Positions 50,543 to 64,000 of a stretch of 64,000 bases of DNA are shown one piece after another. The DNA is from the human T2T-CHM13v2.0 reference genome, Homo sapiens. Location: the NCBI RefSeq assembly GCF_009914755.1, contig NC_060930.1; one strand, 5' to 3'. Position 1 is the first letter of the stretch, and every line of letters starts with the position of its first letter. A program made the translations under genes and the position numbers. The notes under the pieces are model-generated. The model was not told the origin of the DNA, made no database searches, and worked only from the letters and a program-made list of their open reading frames with translations.

Positions 50543-51481
50543 CTACACAAATTGGAAACAAGAGTTGTGACAAGATCTTTCAAGAACACACACTTTTAAT
50601 AGTGCCAAAATACTGGTCATTCTGCAGAGGCATTACCCTAGAGGGCCGTTATCCTATGTCTCTCCCCTGCATTGATATTTCTATCCATTTTTGAGGATTC
50701 AAAGATAGACATCGGATAATCAAGATCATTGGGTTAAAAAACAATAACAGTAAAGTTTAGAAGAGAATGAATGGTTAGTCCACAAAACATGGAATGTTGG
50801 ATCAGGATTGGAAACTGAGGCTTCAGAATCCCTCTGCAGTCAGGGGAGTCCTCTGAAAGCCCCCAAAGCTGCTTGGACTCTCTCATCAGCATCATTGTGG
50901 AGACACCTTACCACCCATGATATGAGTTTCGAGAAGCACCAGACTTCACCAATGATGAATAAAACTTCACTTCTGATGAATAAAACTGTCTCCAGGCAGC
51001 TGTAACCAGCTGCCCACTAGACATAAAATAAGACATGTGGCAGCTGGGAAGACTGAGTAGCCAAAATAATGCATTTGACTTTCATTGCAAGAGGTACCTC
51101 TCCATCAAGAGGGATTATGCAATAGGGGCCCATATCATGCTCATAGCCAAGGCAAAACCTAATATGGAAGTCCCGCTCATCTATAAACTATTGCATAGGT
51201 TTCCCAGGTTTTTCTCAGAACACCCAGGATGTCATATAAATAAGATTCTGTAGTAATCTGTATTGACTGTCCTTGAAATCCCAGCTCGAAGTGTTACACA
51301 CATTCTGGCAAAGGATGCAAAGGAAAGCAAGTGTGTTCTCAGTTTAAAAGTGGGCCAGCGGTCTGGATAGTTATTACTTGGGATTAAGTTTAACTACACT
51401 ACCTCTTTTTCATTCTGATACCCTTGAAAATTTACTATTTTGTATTGTTTCAACCAAACGATACTACCTTCAACCCATATC

Positions 51482-51674
51482 TTTATTTTATTTTATTTTA
51501 TTTTATTTTATTTTATTTTATTTTATTTTATTTTATTTTACTAGAGATAGGGTCTCACTTGGTCGCTCAGGCAATCATAGCTCACTGCAGCTTCAAACTC
51601 CTGGCCTTAAATGATCCTCCTGCCTCAGCCTTCTGAGTCTCTGGGATTATAGATACAAACAACCACGCTCAGCT
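51482..51674 (-). mobile_element. FRAM/AluJ right monomer with (TTTTA)~12 tail
   Basis: 'gagatagggtctcact...caatcatagctcactgcagcttcaaactcctgg..tgatcctcctgcctcagcc'; TSD-like tcaacccatatcttta / tcagtccatattttta. Confidence 0.88.
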
Positions 51675-52769
51675 CTCAGTCCATATTTTTAAGACAAAGC
51701 TCAAGAAAATAACTAAGGCATTCTCTAAATTTGCTTAATATCTAGGATAGCCTAAATCCACTTTTGGAAACTATTAATAAATCATCAATTTCATATGAGA
51801 TTGTCCTAGATCTTCACAGGGCCAGATATCTGATGTAATGTAAGTTTATCACTTAATTTGACACAGATATAAAATGGAAGACTAATGTTGATGCAATTTA
51901 AGGCAAGTGTTACTATTATTAGTCAGTATGATTTGGATCTCCTTTTATTCTCTAAAGAAATGACAGAAAAAATCATGTATTTAACTGTTTCTTACAGAAA
52001 AAATCATATTAGAAAAAAACTAAAGCCATTTTTCATAGTTTTCCATTGAGACTAGACATCCTTAAAACTTTGCCCTAATATCTTTTTAGGGGAAAAGGGT
52101 TGAGAGCTTTTGGATAATTAGACATTTCATGGAGAACAAACATAAAATTCCAGACAATTTTTGAATATACTGTTCTTAGTTCATGTAAGGCGGGATTTTT
52201 ACCATATAAAAATGAGACCCCCTAGACACTGAATTTGCTAAAATATACAAAGTCACTATTAACAGCCTTGAAATAAAATCTTTTAAAGAGTAGGAACACA
52301 AGTTGCTGTTCACCTCTCATCAGCATCGGCTACTTTTACTGTCATCTAGCATTTCTAGATGATGTTTCTCATAGTGTCACCTCTAGTCATTCCTTTATCT
52401 CACATGGTCACAGAACATTTTCTTCCAGATGAGAGAAAAGATCAAGTTAGCCATCTAAAGACCAAAAATACTAAAAATTTTGAGAGTCTAGTTTGAAACA
52501 CAAAGTTATCATGCAGCTTTTAAATTATTTGAAATAACGAACTGTTGCTTTCCAAGAAGTCACAAGTTGCATTTTGGAGCTGAGCTTGCAAATCTGCCCC
52601 AGGATGAAAAGTTGGTGGCTCTGATTTGTAGAGTATTCATATTTGGGCACATCTGTTGTAATGTATCCTAGCTTACATGATGGCAGTTGACAGCCCTGGG
52701 CACCTGCTGCATAAATATAAAAACAGCACAATGAAAGTAGGTGTACAAAACTTATAATTTTAGGATTAT

Positions 52770-53385
52770 TAAAAGTTAAATGCGGAAGGCAAACCTGTCA
52801 GACTTGTAGGGAGAACAAAAGGATAATGCATTTATGACCTAGAGAACAAAAGGATTTCTTAAGACACAAAATGTGCTAACCATAAAGGAAAAGACTGGTG
52901 AATTTGTCCAAGGAAAAATTAATAATTTTTTTACCAAAAGATGCCATAGAGTGGGAAAAAAAATAAACAAGTTACAAACTTGGAGAAGGTTTTGCAACAC
53001 ACACAAAAAAACAGAAGAGAAAAAGATATATACTAGAAATATTATTTTAACCTCATACCAAAAATAATACACAAAAACATCCTCATGTAAGTCAGTAAGA
53101 AATAGATAACCCTGTAGAAAATGAGAGCATAAGTCATAAACTGGCATTCCACAGGTGAGAAAATCTAAATAACTAACAAATGTATTACGCATCTTAAAAT
53201 ACGTATAACTTCATTAGTAATTAAAGTCACAATAAGATACCATTTTACCCCAAGCTTAGCAAAAATTAAAAAACAAACTAAATTTATGTAGAGCAAGCAG
53301 GACTCTCATTCACCACTGGTAGAAGATAAACATGTACAGCTACTTTGAGAAAATTTTGGCATTATCTTGTAAAGTTGAATTTTAA
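52770..53385 (+). mobile_element. L1ME-type ORF2 3' fragment
   Basis: 'ggatttcttaagacacaaaatgtgctaaccataaaggaaaagactg...acaataagataccattttac...ggactctcattcaccactggt...tacagctactttgagaa'. Confidence 0.7.
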
Positions 53386-54544
53386 ATAACTGCTCAAAGT
53401 CACACAGTCAAAATTCACCCTAAACAGTATAATCTACGGTGGGGACCAATCTTTCAAAATGTTTCTTGATTAAGAAGATATTTTGATGTTTTATTAAACA
53501 CAACGTCTGCTTATTTGAAGCTTATCAGTACATATTTGTGAATGCATAGAGCCAGCAGACAGTCCTGGGTGTGCATGTGGATTGCAGCCCCTTTACATAG
53601 CTCCACAAAACCTCAAAGGTCTTCTGCCCCCAGTTTAAGAATCATCTTCTGTCGCAACCTCCATGACAGCCAATATTAGCAATGGAGTTGTTTCTCTATT
53701 CCCTTTGAAGGGAAGGTGAGGAAAAGGAGTGAGTGATCACTCACTCACTAAAGGAATTTAATTTGGCCAAACAAATTAACGCTCTGTGCATTAGGTCATA
53801 TGAGAGCTGATGTCAGAAAAAAAAATTAAGTAAACATTCCACAAACATACATTCTTTTTCCTGTTCCTTCTCTAGTTGATCTGTAAATACCCACCGGCTT
53901 TGCCATGTTGTATGAAACTTACAGCAAGCCACATCTTCATTTGAGCTGCAAAAACCTTCTTGGTCAGATTGTCACACCCATTTAGTATTCATTTGTTCTA
54001 TTAAATGCCAGCATATGTTATATCTTGAGTGTGTATTGGTGACATTTTAATTTTTTAATTAAAAAGTTTCTTACTCTAATGCTTTCAGTGGAAATTTAGA
54101 CAGATAATAAGTATACAACTATAAATACAAAGTGTGACAAGTGTCATGAAGGAAGCTACAGGTACAGTGAGGAAGCTACACTCAAGAATAGTCAGGTCCA
54201 CTGGGGTGAAGTGGTCTCTGACGACAAGTCCTGTAAAACGAGAGTCAAAGGATGGAGACGGGTCAGCCAGTTCAAGGAGGTGTCCAGAGAAAGAGCAGTT
54301 CTTCTTGACTTCCCAGGGGTCTTCTAAACAAACATCTCATGACACCACCCACGGTGCTTGCTGTGGAATTCCAATATGGAACTTTTCTCTAACAGTGACA
54401 CATTAGGAATGTAATGTTAACCTATCTCTTTTTACATCATAATAAAATCTATTATTTTCCTAATAAAAAATTAAGGACCAATTATTCTATTGTCCCAAAC
54501 TGAAATCTCCCTTCGCCACAGATACTCTTCTCTTTCTGACATTC

Positions 54545-55590
<1,046 letters not shown>

Positions 55591-56243
55591 CAGGGATATA
55601 GGTTTAAAATACTATTCTGTTTCTCAGATTCAAAACTTCAGTGACGAAAAAGGGAGCACCTTGAAATATAAAAATCACTTTCTATTTCTACATTTCTACA
55701 CACCTATGTATTATTTGATCTTAAATAATAGACAACTTGAAATTTTCTCTGATAAGATTTTGAAACTAAAGCTTATCATGGTAATTATCTTTACCTATGA
55801 AAATGTACATATCACCTTTTACATAGTAAATATTCAAAAACTATTGCTAACTTATGGTTTCTATGTATTAAATATTAATACTGTGTTATTTTCTAATGGC
55901 ATAAAAATTCAAATTCTACAAACAGGTCAAACACAAAAAGTATAGGAAGGAAAATGAGTTATGTATGAGGTAACAGATTTTACTTTTATTTCTTATACAT
56001 TATTTTAAAAACACTATCAGAAAAGTGTCTAGATTTATCAGCAGCATTTTCCACATTTATTACACACCAAAGAATCCTGGGTGTAGTAGGTTACTTTTTC
56101 AATTACCCATTAACTTCAGTTTATTAATAGGTTATCTCAAAGGTATATGAGTGAGCTATTAAATGTTGAAGTAAGGAACAAAAAAGCCAAAAACATATAG
56201 AAACAAAAAAAAAATACAGGCATTTGTGAGAGGGTGAGAATGA

Positions 56244-56609
<366 letters not shown>

Positions 56610-58051
56610 TGATAACTCTCTTCCACGTCTTAGGCTCAATAGATAAACTATACACACTGGTTTCATTTTTCTTTTTCTTTTCTTTTTGTCACCACCTTGA
56701 CCCCAAACTCTGGGCCATTGTCAGATTAATCTTTTCAGAACTGATTTCAGACATCATCAGCAATAAGCAACCTAGCCTACCTCAAAAACAGCTCCTATCT
56801 GTGTAAGTGTTTATTCAGGGAAATTAAGCTCATATTGATGATGAAGGTGTTGTTGCTTAGTCTCTCTTTCATCCCTGAATTTTCCTCCACTACAGTGAGC
56901 AAGAAGCTATGAAGCTAGCTCCCATTTTCTGCTGCCCAGTACCTCCCCTATGCCACAGATAGAGCATGCATTCATTGCCAGCGTTTCTGAAGTACTCAGA
57001 AAGTATATGCAATGGTCCTATTAAAAAAAAAAAAGATGCTCTTTTCAACAATCCATTAATCATAGAAGCATTGCAGTATGTGCATAGATTTCAAAAAGTA
57101 GGTCTATCCAGGGCAAGAGTAGGTCTCTCTGGGCCAAGAGATATTATAGTATCAATGATACAGAGGAGGCTAACCTCAAAATGCACCAACCCATGCTGGT
57201 TGGAGGCTGTAATTTCTGATATTAGTTTATTAATGTTCCTATTCCTCACTAGATGGTGAACAGAAACAAGGTCTGTTTTGCTCACCAATAGCTAGATGTT
57301 CGCAGCATCTAACACATTGACATCTAGATAATATTCAACAAAAAATGCATCAATGAATGAATGAATGAACAAGAGAAGGCTTAAAAGTACAAATTGTCCT
57401 GAGAATATAAAGCCCTGACTTACAAAGTGGATTCCTGATACCAGACCACCTTATCAGAACTGAATTTGGTAGGAAGGAAAGGAGAATGCAAAAAGGCTTT
57501 AAGTAGATGCAAAGTAAAAGAAAGAATATAGAACATTGGCTCCAAGGAAAATAATGTCAAATTCAGCAGATTTCAAAATGTAGTTGGTAGTCAATTATGC
57601 TTCATGAATACCCATGAAATAAATATTATGCTGTGAATAGACTATTAAGATAATTTACTTAAAAAGAAAAAAAGCCCTAGTCGCTGTTATAACTTCCCCT
57701 ACATAGAATATATATTGATTTTCCAAAAAATTATTAAACTCTTCTAACTTTCCAAGTCTTTTTAATTTCTCAGATAACTGACTTCCTGTATTTATTCTGA
57801 ACTTCCTTATAACTTAGTTATTTCACAGCTTCTTAATACACTTCTCTTATTAAATGCTTTTTCCACTTTCAAGGAAGTCTACCAATGGCATTACTTCTAT
57901 TTGTGCAAACTAATTTATTAAGATATGAATTTCTGTTTTGTTTTCCTTTTTTTCATATTTCCAAGGAAGTGATAAGATCTTTTGCAATCATCGAGAGATA
58001 AATAAAAGAGCAGCCTATCTTTGGAAGGAGTAGCTGGAGCAAGTCAACTAT

Positions 58052-58512
58052 TGTATTCACTTTCCATGCTACAAACATATTACCATTAACTTCATGGCTT
58101 AAAACAACACACACTTATTATCTTACAGTTGTATGTAGGAGTCCAAGCACTGCTTAACTCAAGCCTCTGCTCAGCATCTCACCAGGCGACAATCAGGAAG
58201 TCGACTAGGCTGTGTTCTCATCTGGAGGCTCAACTTAGGCAGAATTCATCTCCAGATTCATTCAGATTGTTGGCAAAATTCATTTCCTTGTGCTTTGCAA
58301 CCGAAGGTCCTGACTTCTTACTAGCTGTTGACTGGAGGTTGTCTTTAGGTCCTTGATGTCATTCACTCTCTTATATAAATAAACATATTCATGAGAGTGA
58401 CATCCAATTGTCACTGGTTGGAAATAAATAACAGGTTCCCTGTGGGTTCAATAGGAGGGGATTATACAAGGGCATCACTAATTGGTGGCCACCTGGGAGT
58501 ATGTCTGCCACA
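58052..58512 (-). mobile_element. MaLR solo LTR (MLT1D/E-like)
   Basis: TG...CA ends; 'tggcttaaaacaacacacacttattatcttacagtt...tgttggcaaaattcatttccttg...ggggattatacaagggc...tctgccaca'; 5-bp TSD actat/actac. Confidence 0.85.
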
Positions 58513-60819
58513 ACTACCTTTTTTCACCTGCTTGCCAAATGTTCAAGCTGAATATGCAAAGTCCTCTGATGAGGAAATGCTCTTCATGGTCATTGATGAA
58601 TGATCATTATAGTGATTTGAAATTTTAATCCTAGAATCCTCAAGTTGTGATCAGAATTTCTAGCGCTTTCTGGCATTTATTTTCATCTGCAGAAATAAGA
58701 AATCATTTAAGTAGGGGGAGAAATTACAAAGCCAGTTTGGTGAATAGACTAAGAACAGCAACCATGGCAGATGGGGATAATGCCAATCTTTTACAAAATA
58801 GTGAGGATTATCACCTGCTGTATTCAGTAAGTAATTTATCACTAATACAATTTTTTATTTTCAAATTACTCCTATCCTCTGTTTTAAACTTTCTTAGGTT
58901 ATGGTTCTGTCTGTGAGTCTTCTCCCACAACTATTTTCCCTGAAGTCAAACAACAATGAAAGCCATTTATCATCTTCTCTCCCCTCTCGTTGAACTTATC
59001 CCATTAAAAATAGTCCTTTGACTTCTATGAAACAAAGAGAAATTAGACAGTAGACTTAGAGCCCAAGAAGGAGAAAAGTACTTTCAAATCACACCCCATT
59101 ACCAGACTACCACCACTAGCTTCTTTAATTTTTTTTCTCTTTCTAATGCCAAAAAAGCTTTTACAAATTTCTCACTAGTTTCATCCCATTGTTTAGATAC
59201 TATTTGGACATGGTCTTACCCCATTATATTGCCCATTCTTGACTGAAATTTGGGCAATGGACAGGGAGGGTGAGAGAAGACATATTGAGTATAAATAAAA
59301 GTAGAAAATGGAGACTATTTCAATAAACATCTTGAACTTGCTTCTAGCTATTTTAAACTTGCTCAAATCTAAAGTGTATTTTTTAAAATACTCAGTTTAG
59401 AATCAAAATCTATTTTTTTGAAAATGAATCCCATATGTTACCATTTACTTATACTTAGCTTCTTAGGAACACTGTAAAGATTATTTGAGGTCAAGTCTTG
59501 CTTGAGTGTTTTTAAATGTGTTAACCTACTAGGCCATGGGTTAAAAGGAGGGTGAGAAAGAACTCTTTCTTTCTTAACACTGAATGTCACTATACCATCT
59601 ACTCTGTAGAGAACTATAATATTTTATTTTTCACAAAACCAAATAAGTTGGTTTGACAGCCAGATGAATCATCAAGGAAAACAGTATTTCAACAAAACTG
59701 ATTTAATTTAATAATATACTTTGGAACAAGTATAGAAATAGAATTAGGAAAACGCGTCACATGAAGCTTCTCCATTAAACCCAGCACAAGAAGCACAGTG
59801 TTTCAACATGACCCTTCCATGAAAGAGTCTCATGCTTAACCAGGATCTTCAAGGAACAGACTTTCTCTGCTCTCGTTCCTCTACCTCAAGGTCCTAAGGT
59901 AACTTTAGAGAAATCTGGTGATAATCAAGATCATGGGACCTGATTCTTGGGACCTCACCTCCCAGAGAAGTGCATGGTTATCAGACCTATCCTGTAGTGG
60001 GGGTAACTTTGGTTCTTATCTCCATGTTACACTCTTTGCCTCCATTTTAAATGGGTGCTATAGAAATTAGTTCAAAAGGAGGAATCCTAGGAAAAGAAGA
60101 GATGACAAGCCAGCTGCTGCCCTGATCCACACTCTTTCTTCTTAGGTTCCTGGCAGCTTCACCAGCATCCATAACTACAGTGTGAGGCAGATTACACAAA
60201 CCTCAGGAACATAAATCTATTGATAGCAAATGTTCTGAAAGCAAATGAGAGGCGATCTCTCTGGAGTATAATCCACCATAAATAAACTCAGTTCTTCTTC
60301 TGGTAATTAGCTTTACAATTGTTCAAGCCAAAATATGCCCCAATGCAAGATTACAGTCCCTTAAAACTCTCTTTTACTCTCAGCTCTTTTCAGATACCCA
60401 CCATGGGCTTAACAAAGATAATTGTAGGATACCAAATACCTGTTCTGGTTTTGAGTTTAATTCCAGAAAGTAAATACTATTATTCTTTATTATTTATTTC
60501 CTTATACCCTATTTGGGTTTGAAGGGTATTTCAGTTTACAAAAGAACAAGATAAAATTTTTAATGAATTCAGCAAAGTTCATCTTTCACCTTCCTAGAAT
60601 TCCAGTAAATGAGAAAAACATGATTAATTTTAAGGCTTGCAATGTCCTTAAGGAAAAAAACAAATTACTGTAAATCTCATCAAAAGCACAGATCTTATGG
60701 GTACCAAGATCTTGGTACTTAGTTGTTAGATATGGCTTTTAACAGAAAAAGGAGAATGTTTGGTGGGGTTTTTTCCTAAATTTTAACCAAATATTTCAGA
60801 TTATTAAAGCTTAATTTGG

Positions 60820-61200
60820 GTTATTTATTAATTCAACAAATATTTTTGTACCCACTTTTGCCAGACACTGTGTTAGGCACTGGCAAATCAACAGTGAATG
60901 ACCTAGTTACATTGCCTGTCCTCATGGAGCTTGCAAAATGGTCAGGGAAAACAAATAGTTAAGTAAATATCACAGCAAAACTAAATAACAAGGCCTGTGG
61001 CAGGCACGTGAAAACAAAGTGCTGAGGGCTATGTGTAAGAGAGGCGCTAACCTGTTTGCTAGATCAAGGAAGACTTTCCCACAAAAATGACATTCATGCT
61101 GAGACATAAAGCATGAATAGATGTTAACCAGCTTAGAGAAGGGGGTGAAGGCAGAAGCCACATTTCAGGCAAGAAGAAAAGCATACAGGAAGACCTCAGG
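60820..61200 (-). mobile_element. L2 3' end
   Basis: 'attcaacaaatattttt...tgccagacactgtgttaggcactgg...acagtgaat...ctgtcctcatggagctt...tcaaggaagactttcc'. Confidence 0.85.
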
Positions 61201-61214
61201 TGTTTTTAAAACTA

Positions 61215-61970
61215 TTTTATTTTCTGTCAAAATATTGTATTGTTTAATTTTTATGGATACCTAATGGTTGCACATATTTATGGGGTGCATGTGATGTTTT
61301 GATGCAAGCATACAATGTGTAATGGCCAAATTTGTGTATTTGGGGTACTATCACCTCAGACATTTATAACTCCTTTATGGTTGGGAACATTCTAAATCTA
61401 CTCATCTAGTTATTTTGAAATGTACAACAAATTATGTTATTTATTCCAAATTGCATTAATTCGCTTTGCAATAAATTATTGTTAACTGTAGTCACCCCAT
61501 TGTATTACCAAACACTGCCTCTTATTCCTTCTATCTAACTATATTTTTGCACCCATTAACCTAATCCTCCTCATCCCTGCTCCCCACTACCCTTCACATC
61601 CTCTGGTAACCACCATTCCACTATCCACCTTCATGAGATCCATATTTTAGCTCCCACATATGAGTGAGAACATGTTACCTTTGTCTTTATATGACTGGAT
61701 TATTTCTCTTAACATGTCTTCCGGTTCATCCATGTTGTTGCAAATGACAGGATTTCACTTTTTTTTTAATGGAGGACTAATATTCCATTGTGTATCTATA
61801 TCACATTTTCTTTATCCATTCATCTGTTGATGGACACTTAGGTTTATTCCAATCTTGGCTTTTCTGAATATCAAAGTTTATACATGGGAGTACAGACATC
61901 TCTTTGGTATGCTGATTTCTTTTCTTTTAAATATATACCAAGCAGTGGGATTGCTGGATCATATGGTATT
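61215..61970 (-). mobile_element. L1MA-type 3' end
   Basis: 'catatttatggggtgcatgtgatgttttgatgcaagcatacaatgtgtaat...cctctggtaaccaccattc.act...tttagctcccacatatgagtgagaacat'. Confidence 0.9.
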
Positions 61971-61971
61971 T

Positions 61972-64000
61972 ATTTTTTTAAATCAACTTTTATTTTAGCT
62001 TCAGGGGGTACGTGTGCAGGTTTGTTAAATGGGTGAATTGCCTGATGCTGAGATTTGGGGTATTAATGGTCCCATTACCCAGGTACTGAGCATAGAAACC
62101 AATAGTTTTTCAAACTTTACCTTCCTCTTTCCCTCCATCATCTAGAAGTCCCCAGTTTCTATTGTTGCTATCTTTATGTCCATGAGTACTCAATGTTTAG
62201 CTCTCACTTATCAGTCAAAACATGTAGTGCTTGGTTTTCTGTCCCTGCATTAATTCACTTAGAATAATGGCCTTCAGCTCCATCCATGTCACTGCAAAGG
62301 ACATGATTTTGTTCTTTTTTACGGCTGTGTAGTATTCCGTGGTGTATATGTATCACATTTTCTTTAGCCAGTCCACCATTGATGGGCACCTAGGTTGATT
62401 TCCATGTCTCTGCTATTGTGAATAGTGGTAAAATGAAAATGCAAATGCATATGTCTTTTTGGTAGAATGATTTATTTTCTTTTGGATATATACCCAGGAA
62501 TGGCATTGCTGGGTCATATGGTAGCTCTGTTTTAAATTCTTTGAGAAATCTTCAAACTGCTTTCCACAGTGGCTCAATTACTTTACATTCCCACTAACAG
62601 TGTATAAGCATTCCTTTCGTTCCACAGCCTCACCAACATTTCTTGTTTTCTTGACTTTTTAATAGTAGACATTCTGACTGGTGTTAGATTGTATCTCATT
62701 ATGGTTTTGATTTGCATTTCTCTGATGATAAGTAATGTGAAGCATTTTTACATATGTTTGTTGGTTACTTGTATGTCTTCTTTTGAGAGTAATCTGTTCA
62801 TGTCTTTCACTCATTTTTAATGGAGTTGTTTAGCTTTTTGCTTGTTCAGTCGTTTAAGTTCCTTATAGATTCTGAATATTAGACCTTTGTTGGATGCGTA
62901 GTTTGCAAATATTTTTGCCTATTCTGTAGTTTGTCTATTCTGTTGTTAGTTTCTTTTGCTGTGCAAAAGCTCTTTAATTAGGTCCTACTTGTCAATTTTT
63001 GTGTTTGTTGCAATTGTTTTTCAGAACTTAGTCAATAATTATTTCCCAAGGCCAATGTCCAGGAAGATACTTCCTAGGTTTTCTTCTAGGATTCTTATAG
63101 GCTGGGTCCTTACATTAAAATCTTTAATCCATCTTGAGTTAATTTTATGCATGATGAAAAGTAGGGGTATAGTTTCATTCTTCTGCATATGGCTAGCCAG
63201 CTATTCCAGCACCATTTATGGAATAAAGAATTCTTTCCCCATTGTGCATTTTTGTCAGCTTTGTCAAAGATGAGATGGCTGTAGGTGTGCAGCTTTATTT
63301 CTTGATTCACTATTCTGTTCCATTGGTCTATGTCTGTTTTTGGACCAGTACCATGCTGTTTTGGTTACTGTGGGCTTCTTGTATAGTTTGAAGTCAGGTA
63401 ATGTGATGCGTCTGGCTTTGTTCTTTGTGCTTAGGATTGCTTTGGCTATTCAGGCTCCTTTTTGGTTTCCTGTGAATTTTAGAATAGCTTTCTCTAGTTC
63501 TGTGGAAAATTATGTTGGTAGTTTGATACGAATAGTGTTAAATCTCTAGATTGCTTTGGGCCATATGGTCATTTAATGATATTGATTCTTCCAACCCATG
63601 AGCATGGAATGTTTTTCTATCTGTTTATCTGTTTGTTCATTTACGATGTCTTTTAGCAGTGTTTTGTAGTTCTCCTTGTAGAGATCTTTCACCTTCTTTG
63701 TTAGATGTATTCCTAGGTAGTGTGTGTGTATGTGTGTGTGTGTGTGTGTCTATTGTAAATGGGATTGTGTTCTTGATTTGGCTCTCAGCTTGAACATTAT
63801 TGGTGCATAGAAATGCTACTGATTTGTGTACATTGATTGTGTATACTGAAACTTTACTGAAGACATTTATCAGTTCTAGTAGCTTTTTGGCAGAGTTTGA
63901 GGTGTAGAATCATAGCATCCATGAAGATAGATAGTTTGATTTCTTGCTTTCCTATTTGGATGCCTTTTATTTCTTGCTCTGGCCTCATCACTCTGGTTAG
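61972..64000 (-). mobile_element. L1PA15/16-like element (3' UTR plus ORF2 end) running off the window; (TG)n at 63721-63749
   Basis: 'caacttttattttag.ttcagggggtacgtgtgcaggtttgtta.atgggt..attg.tgatgctgag.tttgggg'; decayed ORF2 (track ORF 63110..63310: [28 protein letters not shown]). Confidence 0.93.

Noticed and set aside
50943-50987. ATGATGA...CTGA resembling a C/D-box snoRNA
   Set aside because: It is a 21-bp tandem duplication; the boxes are too close and there is no terminal stem or distal D box.
59220-59252. Possible minus-strand microexon of a few tens of nt
   Set aside because: Too short to distinguish from a chance AG/GT pairing without data.

Overview
AT-rich, CpG-depleted primate genomic DNA, most likely human or great ape, judged from its Alu J/S subfamilies, an L1PA2-type L1, MER1B and Tigger3. 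I can support no protein-coding gene, tRNA/rRNA gene or CRISPR array. The longest ORFs in the track are antisense-Alu or L1-ORF2 read-throughs. Much of the window is interspersed repeat: about 10 Alu/FLAM/FRAM copies, L1s from L1PA2 to L1ME, L2/MIR/CR1 relics, MaLR/ERVL solo LTRs and hAT/Tigger DNA transposons. Several are nested and keep readable target-site duplications (TSDs). The best non-repeat signals are a CpG-retaining, homeodomain-motif-dense block at ~22.8-23.8 kb that looks like a conserved developmental enhancer or weak promoter; a set of minus-strand exon-like segments, including a compact three-exon cluster with a poly(A) signal at 48.8-50.5 kb; a four-pentamer heat-shock element at 27.3 kb; a triple-CCAAT plus TATA arrangement at 9.9 kb; and an ~81%-identical 105-bp local duplication. 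I found no evidence for a new multi-gene system. Repeat subfamily names come from recalled consensus sequences, not a database search, and boundaries of old repeats are approximate.
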